A program made the translations under genes and the position numbers. Shown here in pieces: positions 48,671 to 62,453 of a DNA stretch of 64,000 nucleotides. Source of the DNA: Basidiobolus meristosporus CBS 931.73. Taxonomy: Eukaryota; Fungi; Basidiobolomycota. Where the stretch lies: positions 43,440-107,439 of the forward strand of contig MCFE01000268.1 of NCBI GenBank assembly GCA_002104905.1, in the 5' to 3' direction. Position 1 is the stretch's first letter. Each line of letters begins with the position of its first letter. A model generated the notes under the pieces. That model had not been told where the DNA came from. It saw only the letters and a list, made by a program, of their open reading frames with translations, and searched no databases.

Positions 48671-49536
48671 TGATGTACAGCATGGGCTTCTTGGGATGGG
48701 GTAGTGGTAAAAAACATCCAGGGTGTGAACAATAGTTTTTAAGGAGGACTTAAAGGTCAGATTTCCACCATATTTGGTCATCATTTGTTTGATCAAGACA
48801 ACTTAACCTTCTATAAAGTTTCCAGCTCTTGTTTAGATTTGTTGATTTGATACCTTAAAGCCCAAATCTGCCTTATAGCTGCCCCAAAACATGCTCTGGA
48901 AGCTTTAGCTTGTGTATCAATGAGTACTGGGCAGTTTCATGAATATGCCGGGTACTTGCTCTGCATTATGTGTATATACTCAAGTGCATTATATTTGCAA
49001 TATACTTTGCTACAGCTCCATTTTCCAAGATATTAAATATTAGCAACTGATAGTGCCTAAAAATCACAGGATTAAGCTTATTCATTTGTCATAGATCATT
49101 CCACTTCTATTATGGTTCAGCTTGATCATGCTGATACCCTATTTTGCTATAGTAAGTTCCCCCTGATCTTATTAATTATTTTGCAAATTACCACAAAAAT
49201 CTGAATGAAGTAAGTCTAATAATTATCTAGTTTAGTAGTTGAGTTTCTTGACCAGTTTACTGGTTTTTTTACCATGTATGTGGGCTTCAAAGTGCTTTAA
49301 GTGAGTCTAAGGTTATTTTTCACTCAATAAATGTAACTGCTCAAGTAATCAAACTAATTGAACCTAATCACCTTTGCCAACTGGGCAGCATGTATCCAGT
49401 AATAGTAAAAGTCTTAGCTCCCAAATGTATTGGTAAATAAGCTGATTGATATCACTCTGGATATCACTTACCAGAGGAAATATAAGCACCATTCTCTTCA
49501 GTGATCCCCTATACCATAAAGACAATACTGAAGCAA

Positions 49537-51052
49537 ACCCTTTGATAAATGACTACATTTAGCCAACTCAAATGCTGTCACAGAACTAGAACCCTGTGAC
49601 TAAAAGGTGCTGATGCAGCTGTCATTCAAGCATATGTTTGCAAGATGTTTAAGATACCCACAATATTGGGTAAATGGCCTGATTATGTTACAACCTGCTA
49701 CTTGAAAGTTCAAGTTGAACCAGTCTTTAGTCAAATCAATTACTCTTATGTTTAGCCTAGCAGCATATCAGTATTATCTATAAAGCCAGTAGTATAGGTT
49801 AGTAGATAAATCAGCAGATTCTAATCAGACAGAAATAAGTATATGAAGTAGTTCTAATTGGGTAATGATGTTATGATTATATGAGTCATCAGCCACAAGT
49901 TACATTATAAATTACAATTAGTCAGCAATTGATCTTGCAAAATGTATATAAGGAGGGACTGGAACCTCAATCTGAAGCAGTAAAAGGTTCAGTGATCACC
50001 ATACTAGCCAAACTCCCAGTTCCTCCACAGCTCTTATATTAAGACTTGTGATATTAGCATGTACCACACCAAAAGCTGTAAAGTTGAGGTGATATTGGTG
50101 TATCAAATGCAGCAGATGTGCATATGTAGAGGTTAGTCAAGAAGAACTACCAACTAGAAAACAGCTGTTTTCTTAAGAGCTGGTAGCACAGCCAGGTGAG
50201 CTACACTACAGTGGGGTATAGCGCCTAGCATAGAAAAACAAAAAACTTGTCAACCACTGCCTCCATGTCCTTCATTGTAGACAGAGTGGAGATCCCACTG
50301 ACAGACAAGATAACAGTGTCACAAGCTCAAAAGACTATAACAATGCCTACAGTGAAATTTTGGAATATTAACAGGCATACTAAGAGTTGCAGAACTTCTT
50401 CAAAAGCAGTGCTAAGGAAAACACACTTGAATATTGCACAAATTCATTGCAAAGACTGGCAGATGAGTTGTCAAACCTTGCTGCTCAGGCTGAAAGCCAA
50501 GACCTATGGGAACCAGTGAATGAACCGTGGCTTAAAGCTGGAGGGTTCCTGCCAAAGCCATGGAGAAAGGGAGTTACAGCAGAAATACTTATTGAATGCT
50601 GGATCGTATTGGAGCTACTTGTTGAGTGTGGGGTTAGAATTATTGCTAGTGTTGGGTATAGGGCCTTGTATAGGGCAATAGAATGGGCAACTGAGGCACA
50701 ACTCAAGTTTCAAAGGAAATAACTCAATTTGTATGCATTAAAAGTAAGAGAATTGGTTGATTCAGGAAGTCAGGAGTCTGAAAAAGAGTCAATAACCAGT
50801 CAGTGTATGCAAATGTAGGAGGTGATAGAGTGCCTGGGATCAGAAAGTGTGAGAACTGGCAGAGGACCAATCAGAAGCCACTTATGTATTGTTGGGATAA
50901 GAAATCTTGACCAAGTGTTTAGTGAAGTCTAGAGTTAAATTATTTTGAATGGTCTTTGCACTGTGTCCTGACAAGATCAGTACCTCTTAGTCACAGGACT
51001 TTAATTCTGTTACAGCCTTTGGACAGGATCATCATAATTTTTTCTGATAGGG
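49537..51052. mobile_element. Rearranged CACTA derivative: left-end remnant, transposase 3' piece (split by a gypsy solo LTR) fused at ~50140 to the accessory-gene 3' part, ending in an inverted left TIR at ~51052
   Basis: 49537-49615 resembles 36781-36855; 49630-49685 and 50055-50135 resemble 42810-42945; 50140-51052 resembles the reverse complement of 36780-37560. Confidence 0.6.
49686..50053 (+). repeat. Solo LTR of the gypsy A/B family
   Basis: TGTTACAACC...CAGTCTTTAGTCAAATCAAT...GAGTCATCAGCCACA...AAGACTTGTGATA; no PBS or internal sequence. Confidence 0.85.
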
Positions 51053-51109
51053 TTTTGATATTTAGGTCCTGGTATTATGATTACAGTCTATGCCTCTCAT
51101 GATATGAGA

Positions 51110-51830
51110 GGTCTTTCTATGGGCTTTACCGTTGAGCTCAGTTGTCATGCCTCTAATAACTAAAGGTGTTCCTCTGCTGCTGTATTGGGAAATTGCTCAG
51201 TTCTTGGCTAGGGCATTGAGCTAATTCAGTTCCTTCTTTACAGCAAAGATATTGCATTCTCCACCAGACATACTAGACTTTTCCATGGATAGTGCCATAA
51301 TAAGCCATGAGTGCCAAATGATGCCATGGTGTGCCAGCAAGGCCAAGGGGACCTATCTAACAGAGCAGATTTATTGACTGCTCTACACATATTATCCACC
51401 CATCCTGTCACTGGATTATCTGTTGATTTCTCTGGGCTGTTACATCTATCCTATATACCACTGCCCCCAATTGCCTCACCAATACTTTTGTATGTACTGA
51501 AAACTCTCCTGCCAATACTGATGGCAGTGATGTATTGATAAACATTTGCAGGTTGTCCATCAGTTGTACTACATTTGCAGCATTCTCATAAAATGGAGCA
51601 TTTTGGTCAGCTTGCAGCTTGGCAGTGATTCTCAATTGCCAACTTAACTCAGAGCATGAGGAGTCTGCATTATTACCTTCAGTGAGCGCACAGTCAAAAT
51701 GACTTTTTTGATTTGGCTTCACTTGATATCCTAAATGTAATGCAAGCTGTTGTCCAACCATGGTTTTAATGCTGTAAGCTGTGAGGTTTGGCTGGAAACC
51801 AGACAACCATGCTTTATTTTTTGGCAGCAA
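51110..51830 (-). mobile_element. CACTA accessory-ORF 5' fragment containing a foldback-MITE end (51274-51352)
   Basis: MLPKNKAWLSG...RQLGAVVYRIDVTAQRNQQI; the insert TAGACTTTTCCATGGATAGTGCCATAATAAGCCATGAGTGCC matches 22964-23040. Confidence 0.7.
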
Positions 51831-51843
51831 ACAAATGAAAGTG

Positions 51844-54800
51844 CCCTATGTAAAGCAATTTGGTCCTGTGGGTGGATCCAATCAAGTGCAGCCATCAGGA
51901 ACCTGATTGGAGACTATCATAATGATGGCAGCTTTGAATAAACAACCCTCTGCACAATCTTATGATGGTATCACAACAGTGTTTGGCTAGCCTTATCACC
52001 AAGCAGAGTTAAAAAATATGACAGTGTTTAAATGGTGTGTTGCCAAGGTTTTCATGGCATTGTTGTGGTCTTAAGGCACTCTACGACTGTATGAGTGGAT
52101 CCAACCAGCCAGTACATCCAATTGCCTTATGTGGCAAAAAACTTGATGGTGTTTTGACAGTCACATGGCAAGCCTGCAATGGCATTATCACAACAATATG
52201 GTGGCCTACAGCTAGTTCTGTTTACTGTAACCATACCAATTTACCAAATTGTATTTCCTTTCTTTACCTCCCCTTGTGCAATTCATATATTCCAATGAAG
52301 AATCATCCCTCATTATTTACCTACCCACAACTACCTTGGGTATTTCATATATAGTTTGAATCAAAAACACTATAGTCTCTTGCTTAATTACCTCTAAAAA
52401 TGCACACACCTGCTGCATTTGACATACTTATATCATCTGTACTTTATTGCTTTTTAGTGTGCCAATTGCAAAGTTGCTGTACAACTAGTATTACTGGTAT
52501 CATATATCTCTTGCAAACATGTGCTTATCTACAACCACTTCTGCCATGAATACCTCCTGAATATCTCCAAAAAACTTTACAGTGTTTGGCCAATAAATTC
52601 CTTCTCCCTGCTGAAATCTATTCCCCCCAAAGGTACACTCCGGCTCTTTTTTGTGTGAATTTTGTATAGAATGGTGCCAAGACTGACCTGTGAGCAAGAG
52701 ACACCTAGTGTACCTTAGCAGAGCTCTCCTAGTAAAAATCAGCTGCTTATTGCACCCAACTCAACTTTTCATTACTTCACTGATTACCCAGGCATTATGG
52801 CTGCTTAGCTTTCCAATACCATAGGCATAGAGGTCTCCATGTGTACATCTGTCCTCAGTATTTTCCAACTCTTCCTGGCTGTCCTCCATGTGCCAACTCA
52901 TTACATCCATGATGGATTCAAAAGTAATATTCTTGATGAGATCAGGATATGGTAGTACCTGCAACTTGACTTGTCTTCCTATCTCCCCTCACATCTGGTC
53001 CATAGGAAACTCCCAAAAGGTGAAGCTAGGCCCAATGTCTTCCACACACCAAGCAAGATGGAGTAGAGAATGAATACCAAAGCAGCAGAGATCTAGACAT
53101 TCTGCTTTATCTTTGCAGTATAGCCATCCAAATCCTATGACAAACTCTTTGCACAAAAGCAGCAGATGTGTCCAGTTGGCATTGGTGATCCACTTCTGGA
53201 TAAGCATTCCTACAATGTCCACATATGACTCCCAGTGCTTCCAATGTACTCTTGGTAGGAGTGGCTTTGGAAGGCCACTTAAATAAATACACATCCAGTT
53301 CATCTAGTGCTTGCACTTGTATTGTTACATATGCATATGATAGTTTACTGGAGCCTGTGAGAAGTACTTAGACTAGCAGATATTCTGCAATATCTTGCCA
53401 ACTTATTCAGTTTCTTTGGTATCTTGAAGGGCTCATTTAGCTTGAAATGCTGCTGTTACTACTTGGGCATCAGTATAGGGATGTTGTTGAACAGCATTTG
53501 CATTGCTCCTAGTGGAATGCTTTTGCTCTAACTTATACCCTCTGTTTTAAGTATCTTTTATTTCCAAATGATTCCATATTCCTGCCAATGGCTTATAGCT
53601 TGCCAGCTTTGCTGCAATTGCATGCTGACTTCTGTGTGTTCTCTTTGCAGGAAGATAATGTTCTTAGTGTTGGTGTTTGGGTAATAATAATGTAAGTGAG
53701 TTATGGAGTAAGTCCCCTGAGTCTCACACACTTGACAGTAATACATTCCATTGGGCTTAGAAAAGCTAGCTATCTTGCAGATGGCTTGGGTCTCTCCACT
53801 GTGGATAATAGTATGCACTTTAACGTGATAGTCATTTACTCTTTTCCTGCTGGTCACTTTACAAAATTCATCCAGCAATGGATACAGTGACTATCCAGGT
53901 TGGACAGAGATTTAGGCCCAGATACCAGTGAGATTTCCATCAAATTTTTGCTCTGATACTGTAAGATAGGTGGTAGATTCAGGTTGATGAGAATCTATGA
54001 CCAGTATGATTTGCTGGTAGAGTACTTGTTTGATGAGAAACCATCAAGTGCCAAGGCAAAGCATGGCCATACATACCTTCAAAGTAGCCCTTGCTTCTGC
54101 ATTGTCTGAAATACTTGCCATTGAATATATTGGAAATGTTTGCACTTGATTGGTACTGAGTGCAGTTCTTTGTAGCTTCACAATACTTGGCAGACAGCAT
54201 AAGATTCTTTAGATGGGGTATTACCTGAATATATCTTGAGTCTGAATAGTGTTTTCCCCCAATGGTGGTTGATCCCTGACATGTTGGACACCTTGCAATA
54301 GTGGCATTTTCTGATGTGAATGCCATGCAACTATTAACACATGCTGGAATCAGGAGAGTCTCTGAGTCATTTGTTGCCAGCTATATGATGGTTGTCAATT
54401 TGTACCATGTACATTGTAAGTTACATACCAGTATGATTTTGGCAAGTTGTAGTATATCCTCAAAGCCCCCCTCACTGATATTGGTGGAAATGTGGCACTT
54501 CTCTAGCAACAACATCACATCATTCACTAGTAAGTGGATAACTGGGCTCATTTGACTTGGTAAAATATCTTTGGGATTTTTTCCACCAGTATTGTCTTAT
54601 TGCATATTGGGGCTTTACTGGGCTCATGCAGGGTATTCTTGGTAGCAGAGATTAACTCACAATTCATCAGAGAGTCTTCTTCATAGCTATCACTCTGCAT
54701 GCCATATTCAGAAGGCCAGGGTGAAACTAAAGGCACATCTGTCCTTGGTATTTTTCAACTCTTACTGGCTATCATCCATGTACTAACTCATCACATCTAT

Positions 54801-57800
54801 CACAGACCAGAAGGTAATATTCCTGCTGAGATTGGGATATGGTAGTACCTGCAACTTGACTTATCTTCCTATCTCCCCACACATCTGGTCCACAGGAAAC
54901 TCCCAAAAGGTGAAGCAAGGCCCAATGTCTTCCACACACAAAGCAAGATGGTGAAGAGAATGGATACAGTAGTGGCAGAGATCTACATGCTTGGCTTTAT
55001 GCTTGTAGTTTAGCTGCTCAAGTCCAGTTACAAACTCCTTGCACAACAGTTGTAGATGTGTCAAGTTGGCATTGGTGATCTGCTTCTGGATAAATATTCC
55101 TACACTGTCCACATATGACTCACAATGCTTCCAATGTACTCCTGGTAGGAATGGCTTCAGAACACCACTTGAATAAATACATATCCAGCTCATCCAGTCT
55201 TTGCATTTAAATTGTTACATATCCATATGAATATTGATTGGAGCCCATGAGAAGTACTTTGGACAGCAGACACTATGTAATATCTTCCCAATTTTTTCAA
55301 ATTTTTCCGGTATCTTGAAGGGCTTATTCAGCTTGAAATGCCCATGTACAACTTGGTCATTAGTGTAGGGGTGTTTTTGAAAAGCAAATGCATTGCTCCT
55401 AGCTGAAAGCTCTTGCTTCAATAGATACCCTTTATCTTAAGTATCTTTGGCTTCCAATTTATTCCATAGTCAGGTCAATGGCTTATATATTGCCAAGTTT
55501 GCTTCAATTGCATGCTGATGTCTATACATTCTTGCTGTGGGAAGATGTTGTTCTTAGTGTTTTTATTTGGAAAACAATAATGCATGTGAGTTATAGAGTA
55601 AATCCCCTGGATCTCACACATTTGACAGCAGTACCATTCATTGTGCCTGGAAAAGCTGGCTATCTTGCCAATGGCTGTGGTACCACCAATGCAGATACTA
55701 ACATGTACTTTGATATGATGCCAATTTATTAGTATCCTGCTGGAAAGCACAAAAGATTTATCCAGCAATGGATACAGGTAGCTGTGCAGGTTGGACAGTC
55801 ATTTAGGCCCATACACCAGTGAGACTACCATCCAATTTCTGCTCTGGTACTGTAAGATAGGTGGCAAATTAAGGTTGATGAGAAGCAGTGACCAGTAGAA
55901 TGTGCTGGTAGTGTACTTGTTCAATGAGAATCCATCAAGTGCTAAAGCAAAGGCATGGTCATACATACCTTCAAAGTAGCCCTTGCTTCTTAGCTGTTTG
56001 TAATGTTTGCCATCAAGTATATTGGATAAGTTTGCGCTTGATTGATACTGAGTGTGGTACTGTATAGCTTTGCAATATTTGTTGGACTGCATCAGCTTCC
56101 TCAGACAGGGTATGACCGGAATATGTCCGGAGTGTGAGCAATGTTTTCCCTCAATGGTGGTGGATTCCTGACAATTTGGACACATTGCAATGGTAGCATT
56201 TTTGGATGAGAATGCCATTCATATTTGGATGGTCTCTGGGTCATATGTTGCCAGCCATATGATGGTTGTCCACTTGTACCATGTACATGGTAGGTTGTGT
56301 CCTGGAATGCTTTTGGCAAGAAGTAGTAGTAAATTCTCAAAGCCCCCATTACTGATATTTGTGGAAACACACAATTACTCTAGCCACAACATCACATCAT
56401 TCACCAGTGGATGGATTACTGGTCTCACTTGGCTCCATGGAGTATCCTTGGCATTTTCTCTGTGGGTGTTGTCTCCCTGCAAATTGGGATTTTGCCATGC
56501 TCACACAGGGTACTCTTGCTAGGGAAGAGAGGCTCTCAATCCATCAGTGAGACTTCTTCTTCAGAGCTATCACTCTGTGTGTCATATACAGAAGGCTGAG
56601 GTGAGCCTAAAAGTCTCACAAACTCACCTGATTCAGTTTGAGTAAGGTGAAAAGGTGGCTAGGTGCTGTTTTGAAAGCATCAAGTGGCTGCAAGATATTG
56701 TTGGTACAGTAGTGACTGATGAATGGTCAAATATGACTTGTGTGGCAAAACACTCTCTGTGATCCTTGTGATACTTCCTGTGCTGCCTGTGAGCTTCATG
56801 GCTGGGAGGCTTGTCACAATAGCCACATAGTCTTTTTTCTTCTCTTACAGTGTTGAATCAAGGTAGTCTTCTCCATGGGGCAGGCAGTTGGGCACTCAGC
56901 AATGTAACACTATTATATCACTTTTTTGTCATTACTTGTGTGAGCTTAAGACAGTTTTGTATTTGAGACATTGCACCTACATGAGTGTAAGATTCAATGA
57001 TGACCCATCATAGTAAGCAATATCAACAAAGATGTTGTACCATATACACACATATATGTAGCACTATTTCCCCTTTGGTTTGACTTGCTTCTAAATATAT
57101 GCTGCCAAAAAATAAAGCAAAGCTGTCTGGTTCCCCACCAAACCCTACTGTTGACAGCAGCAGAAGAACTTTTGGACAACCGCTTGCTTTGACACTCAGT
57201 GTAACAAGCAGAGTTACACCCAAAGGAAGCTATGTTGACAGTGTGCCCACTGTAGGTATTAATGTGGACTCCTCAGGCTCTCAGTCAGGTAGGCCAGTGA
57301 GAATCTTGGCAGAGCCACAAGTTGACCCTAATGCTCAGGCAGATAAGTATATAGCAAGTGTGGTTCCTTTGGTTGAAGACCAGCAAGTGGCCTTCATAAC
57401 ACCACCACCACCTGTATTAGCAGGTATTATGTCAGCTCATACCAAAGCATTAATGAGGCAATTGGGTGCAGTGGCTAATAGGATAGATGCAATGGCCCAT
57501 AGAAATCAGGAAATAGTCCTGAAACAGGATGTGCAGATAGTACATGTTGATATCCCAGGTTGAGGATGCAGAATTTTTGCTACAGAGAAGGAACTCCAGT
57601 AGCTCAATGTCACAGCCAAGAATTGAGCCATTTCCCAATGTAACAGCAGAGAAACACCATACAGTCTTTGAAGCAAGACATCAGTTCGTAAAAATAGAAC
57701 CTACAAAAAAGCCTATCACAGTATGGGAGGCAAAGGCTATGATATTTATACCCAAGCATAGAAATCAAAAGACATTGAAGATCTGTGAGGCTGTTGACTA

Positions 57801-57950
57801 CAATGATGAAGAGTGGGCTAATATTCAAGAGACCATAAAAATCTAGCACAGCATCACCTTAAGGGTTGCCTGCCATGGGACCATCAGGAACTCTAGGCTT
57901 CAGTGGTTGCAGCATTTCTGTGTTCCAGCTTTTTTGACTAATTTTCTTGC
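51844..57950 (-). mobile_element. CACTA element in inverted orientation: right TIR at 51844, two tandem transposase copies (~52450-54745 and ~54780-56876, minus), accessory ORF 57099-~57900 (plus), left part lost
   Basis: CCCTATGTAAAGCAATTTGGTCC matches the family TIR; 51844-52450 is the reverse complement of 42900-43494; Tnp2 motifs occur twice; same head-to-head gene layout as 36780-43494. Confidence 0.8.
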
Positions 57951-58029
57951 ATATTGAGCACTGATCTGATATTTGTCCATTCATTTTGCTGTAGCTGTCA
58001 GAGAAATTGCTGTTGCATTATAAGATTGA

Positions 58030-59045
58030 GCACCTTCTTTGGTGGCTATCACTACTTATTAAAACATTTTCTGTGTCCTCTCATTATTGTTTGTTTTCTT
58101 AACTCATTGTCCAGGAGCCTTCCATTTGCATAACTCAAAGTCAAATCTTCAGTTCTGGACTCTAGAGACAATGCAAGGCTATGAAATCTGTCTTTTGGGC
58201 TATTGAGGAGGGTCACTAGCACAACTTCATCAGTATCATGTATGCACACTAATCTCTTCCATCAACCAAAAGAGTAACTCTATTGATTAGATTTCTTATT
58301 TGTTTCCCTGAGTGCTTCTTGGTAGTGAAGAATTTTTTCTATGATATATTTTTCTGGTATCTGAGCATGACTGGTAGGTGTCTTCTAATGCCTTTCATGC
58401 AGTTTTTGCCATTATTGCTCTTGAGCATTGAATTAGCAGTTCTCATTTGGCATTGAGGCAAAGGCAGTTAAAGGCAATTTGTTCTTTCTGCTGGTACCTA
58501 ATAGTTTATTCTCCTACACCTTTGGCAAGGCATTGTCATCTCATGTTAATATGACAAAGGCCACTTTCCTGTGGCAACTTCTTCATCCTCACCTTCCCAG
58601 CTAAGTAGTTGGATCCATCCAACTTTTCAGCAGAGGGGAAGTTTGAGTGATAAAAGAAGTAGACATTGCAGAGAGTGACAGCATGAGGCTCATAATCTGT
58701 TGTAGGAGTTTTGGACATACTGCAAGTGCTGGGGACAACAAGTAGATGATGTGATTTCACTTAATCATTTGTTCAATGTAAAAGTAGTGCTTAAGCTTCT
58801 ATGTGGTCTTGGCATAACAAGCATGTAGAATATATTCAGGAAGGTCCCAAGAACATGTGCACAAAGTTTGGGGCTGCTTAAACAACTTCAAGAAATTTTA
58901 CAATTCAAGTGTCTGATATTTTGATTAGAATATTGGAAGTAAATCCCAACTTGGAACTTGGTCTGAAATCACTAAGACTTGCAGGTACTAATCTATGTGG
59001 ATAAGTTAGGCAAATAATCAGGTGGAATTACAGACTTGTACCACA
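58030..59045 (-). mobile_element. Old copia 5' fragment: LTR 58698-59045, PBS-like GATTATGAGCC, decayed gag
   Basis: SAEKLDGSNYLAGKVRMKKL..ESGL and LESRTEDLTL...GRLLDNELRK on the minus strand; LTR alignable to the family LTR. Confidence 0.75.
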
Positions 59046-59247
59046 AAAACAGCTTTTCTGAGGGTACCTGGAAGGAACTGTGGATATCTGCTTGAGTTCA
59101 CTTTTGAGGACTTAGCTCAGGGTCATTCAGGACATTCTTGTGGCAATTTGAGACTAAGTTTAGAAGAAAGATGACTCACCACAGGATACACTGTGTTCTT
59201 CACTGCAACTGCCAGGAACTCAAGAAAGCAACTAACCTAGCACTTTT

Positions 59248-59604
59248 TGTTGCAATATTCTGAGGAGTATTGGAAGTGATGTGGAGAGCTAAAGGATTTA
59301 CATGTTATTCACTTGTAGATTTAATGATTAAATGTATGGTATTTATACTGTTGATAAAGTAGAGTAAACAAACAAGTAGAGTGTTGTAAGAGTTTTGGAG
59401 ATATTGGAAGTGATTTGGAGGACAAGTAGATTTTGTGGTTTTCACTTAATGAATTATTAGATGTAAAAGTAGTATTTATACTTTAACATGGTCTTGGCAT
59501 TACAAACATGTAGAATAGGTTAAGGAAAGTCCCAAGAATATGTGTTCAAAGTTTGTGGCTGTTTGAACAACTTTGAGAATTTTCATGTTCTGGGTATCTG
59601 GTAA
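59248..59604 (-). repeat. Two partial older copia LTRs (59248-59350 and 59382-59604) stacked against the LTR of copy C
   Basis: Each begins TGTTG on + (the LTR 3' end) followed by ..GATATTGGAAGTGAT.. and is truncated at a different point. Confidence 0.7.
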
Positions 59605-59605
59605 T

Positions 59606-62453
59606 TGTTGTAAGAGTCTTGGAGATATTGGAAGTGATTGGGAGGACAAGTACATTATGTGGTTTTCACTTAACGATTTATTGAATGTAAAAGTAGTATT
59701 TATACTTTTACCTGGTCCTGGCATTACAAACACGTAGAATAGGTTAAGGAAGGTCCCAAGAACATGTGTGCAAAGTTTGGGGCTGTTTGGACAACTTTGA
59801 GAATTTTCATGTTCTGAGTACCAGGTATTTTGGTGAAAATATTATAAGTAAATCCCAACAAGGAATTTGTTCAGTATTCTCTAGGATTTGAGGGTAATGA
59901 TCTAAGTGACTGAGTTAGGTGAATATTTAGGTGGAAATACAAATTTTTACAACACTCCCACTCAGCTAAATGTTCATACTGACTAGTCCTAATTTTGACC
60001 TAAGATATTCAAACTTGTCTCTAGCTAATGGTTTGGTAAATATGTCTGCAATCATTTCATCTGTAGGACAGTAAACTAAGCTAACTAAGTTATTCTCTAT
60101 AGCTTCACGTATGAAATGATGTCTAATATCTATGTGCTTGGTTCTAGCATGAAAAGTTGGATTTCTACCTAATTGTATACATCCTTGATTATCTTGAAAT
60201 AAAGTAATAGGCGTTTTTAGACATAGGACTAAATCTGTAAACAGCTTTCTTAACCACATTGCTTCTTTTGTAGCTTCACAGGCTGCCATATACTCTGCCT
60301 CTGTGGTGGAAAGTGCTATGGTTGGTTGCTTTCTTGAATTCCATGAAATTGCTCCTTTACAGTAAAGAAAGGTGTATCCTATGGTGGATCTTCTGTCTTC
60401 TAAATTTCGTCCCCAATCTGCATCAGAGTATCCCACAAGATCTTGTTCTGAGTCCTTATAAGTGTATCTTAAGCAAATATCAGCAGTTCCTCTTAGGTAT
60501 CTCAAAATCTGCTTAACTGCTGCAATATGATCAGATCCATAGTTCTGATTATGTTGGCTGACAACTCCCACTGAGTATGAGATATCTGGATGTGATCTAA
60601 GCATGATATACATCAGACTGTTGACTGTAGATTGATAAGGAAAGTCAGGGCTTTCAGATGGCACCAAGCTCTCTTGATTTGGTGGAGTTTTGACCAAGTT
60701 AAGGTTTAACTCCATTGGGGTAGCTGCCGGTTTACAGTCTTCCATTTGGTACTTCTTTAGTATATCTTGAATATACTTGGGTTGGCTTAGGGTTATAGTC
60801 TGGGTACTTCTGTCTATGGAGAACTTAATCCCTAAGTAGTAACTAAGTTCTCCTAGATCGGACATCTTGAACTCCTTAGATAGCCTGGATTTAGTCTCTT
60901 CCAATGTTTCTAGGTTATTGGTGGCTATAATAAGATCATCCACATATAGAGCTAATAGAACTGGATTTGCTCTATCTGGCTTATAGTATATACTATATTC
61001 AGCATTACTTCTCTTGGAACTCAAAGATTCCAAAAAAGAATCTATCTTGCAATTTCAGGCTCTTGGTGATTGCTTGAGACCATATAGTGACTTTTTAAGC
61101 TTGCAGACCAAATGGGGATTATATTGGTCAACAAACCCATCAGGCTGGTCCATATACACGTCCTCATCAAGTTCTCCATTCAAAAATGCAGTTTTTACAT
61201 CCATTTGATGATTAAAAAACTTATATTTGGCTGCAATAGCCAATATTAATCTGATGGAATTAAACTTGGCTACCGGTGCAAAGGTCTCAGTATAGTCATG
61301 TCATTTTGTTTGAGAGTATCCTTTGGCTACAAGTCTTGCTTTGTATCTTTCAATTATACCATCAGCCTTGTATTTTGTCTTGAACACCCATCTGCATCCA
61401 ATTGATTTTTGGTTGATTGGTAATTTGACTAAGTCCCAAGTTTGATTTTCCATCAGTGCCTGATATTCCTCAGTCATTGCAGATCTCCAAAACTTTGTCT
61501 GAGGGCTATTTAGGGCCTCTTTTATAGTCTGGGGCTCATCAATATGGACTGAATAGGCATAGGCTAAGTTTGTACCCTCATTAATATAGTAATTTGGGCT
61601 ATTTCTTGTCCAATTTGATCTCCAGGCATTTGATACTGGAATGATCACTTCTGGGATATTCCTGGGCACTGCTTCTGGCTGAACCACGGTTGTAGAGTCC
61701 TCTGGAGTGAAAAAACTTCATTGTTTTGCTCTGATTCAATCCTGACAATTGGTGGACTGGAGATCAAACTTTTGTCATCATCTGATGTCATTTTTTGGGA
61801 AAATTTTCAATTTTCATCAAACAACACATCCCTGGACTTGATCAGCTTCTTTGCTTCGGTATTGTAGAGTCTGTATGCCTTACTCTCATTGCAGTAGCCC
61901 AAAAATATGCATTTTACACTTTTTGGCTCAAATTTTGACTGATTTCCGGGCAGTTTCTTGGCATATGCTGTACACCCAAATATTCTTAGATGTTCTGCAC
62001 TTGGTCTGTATCCATACCATGCTTCAAATGGAGTAGAATCACAAAGTATTCTGTTATAACTCCTATTTTTAAGATATACAGCAGTGGCAACTGATTCCGC
62101 CCAAAAATCATAGGATAATTTTTGATCATGGATCATAGAATCTTGCCATATCAATTATTGATCTGTTAGCTTGTTCTGCTACTCCATTTTGCTGTGGGGA
62201 GTATGGTACAGTTGTCTCTTGCTTTATCCCATGAATTTTGCAGAAGTGGATGAAGAGTTTTGAGGTATATACTCCACCATTGTAAGAGCCTATTTTCTTG
62301 ATTTTTTCACCAGTTTCTCTCTCCACCATGGCTTTAAACTCCCTGAACTTAGACAGAGCTTCTTCCTTTCTCTCCATGAAGTAGACCCATGTGTATCTTG
62401 TAAAATCATCAATAAAAGTGATTAAATACTTCATCCCTCCTGAGGATAAATTT
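59606..62453 (-). mobile_element. Copia copy C: 3' LTR 59606-59954, PPT, RNaseH-RT-integrase; interrupted at 62454 by copy D
   Basis: ORF 59966-61033 (LYVDDLII, GYSDADW, TEAEYMAA, TKHIDIRHHFIRE, ADIFTKPL) plus RT/integrase ORFs to 62450; a few small frameshifts. Confidence 0.95.

Noticed and set aside
49682-50057. TSD for the gypsy solo LTR, and 8-10 bp TSDs for the MITEs
   Set aside because: The flanks do not match (ATTA vs TTAG for the LTR; no MITE pair matches), so no TSD is claimed.
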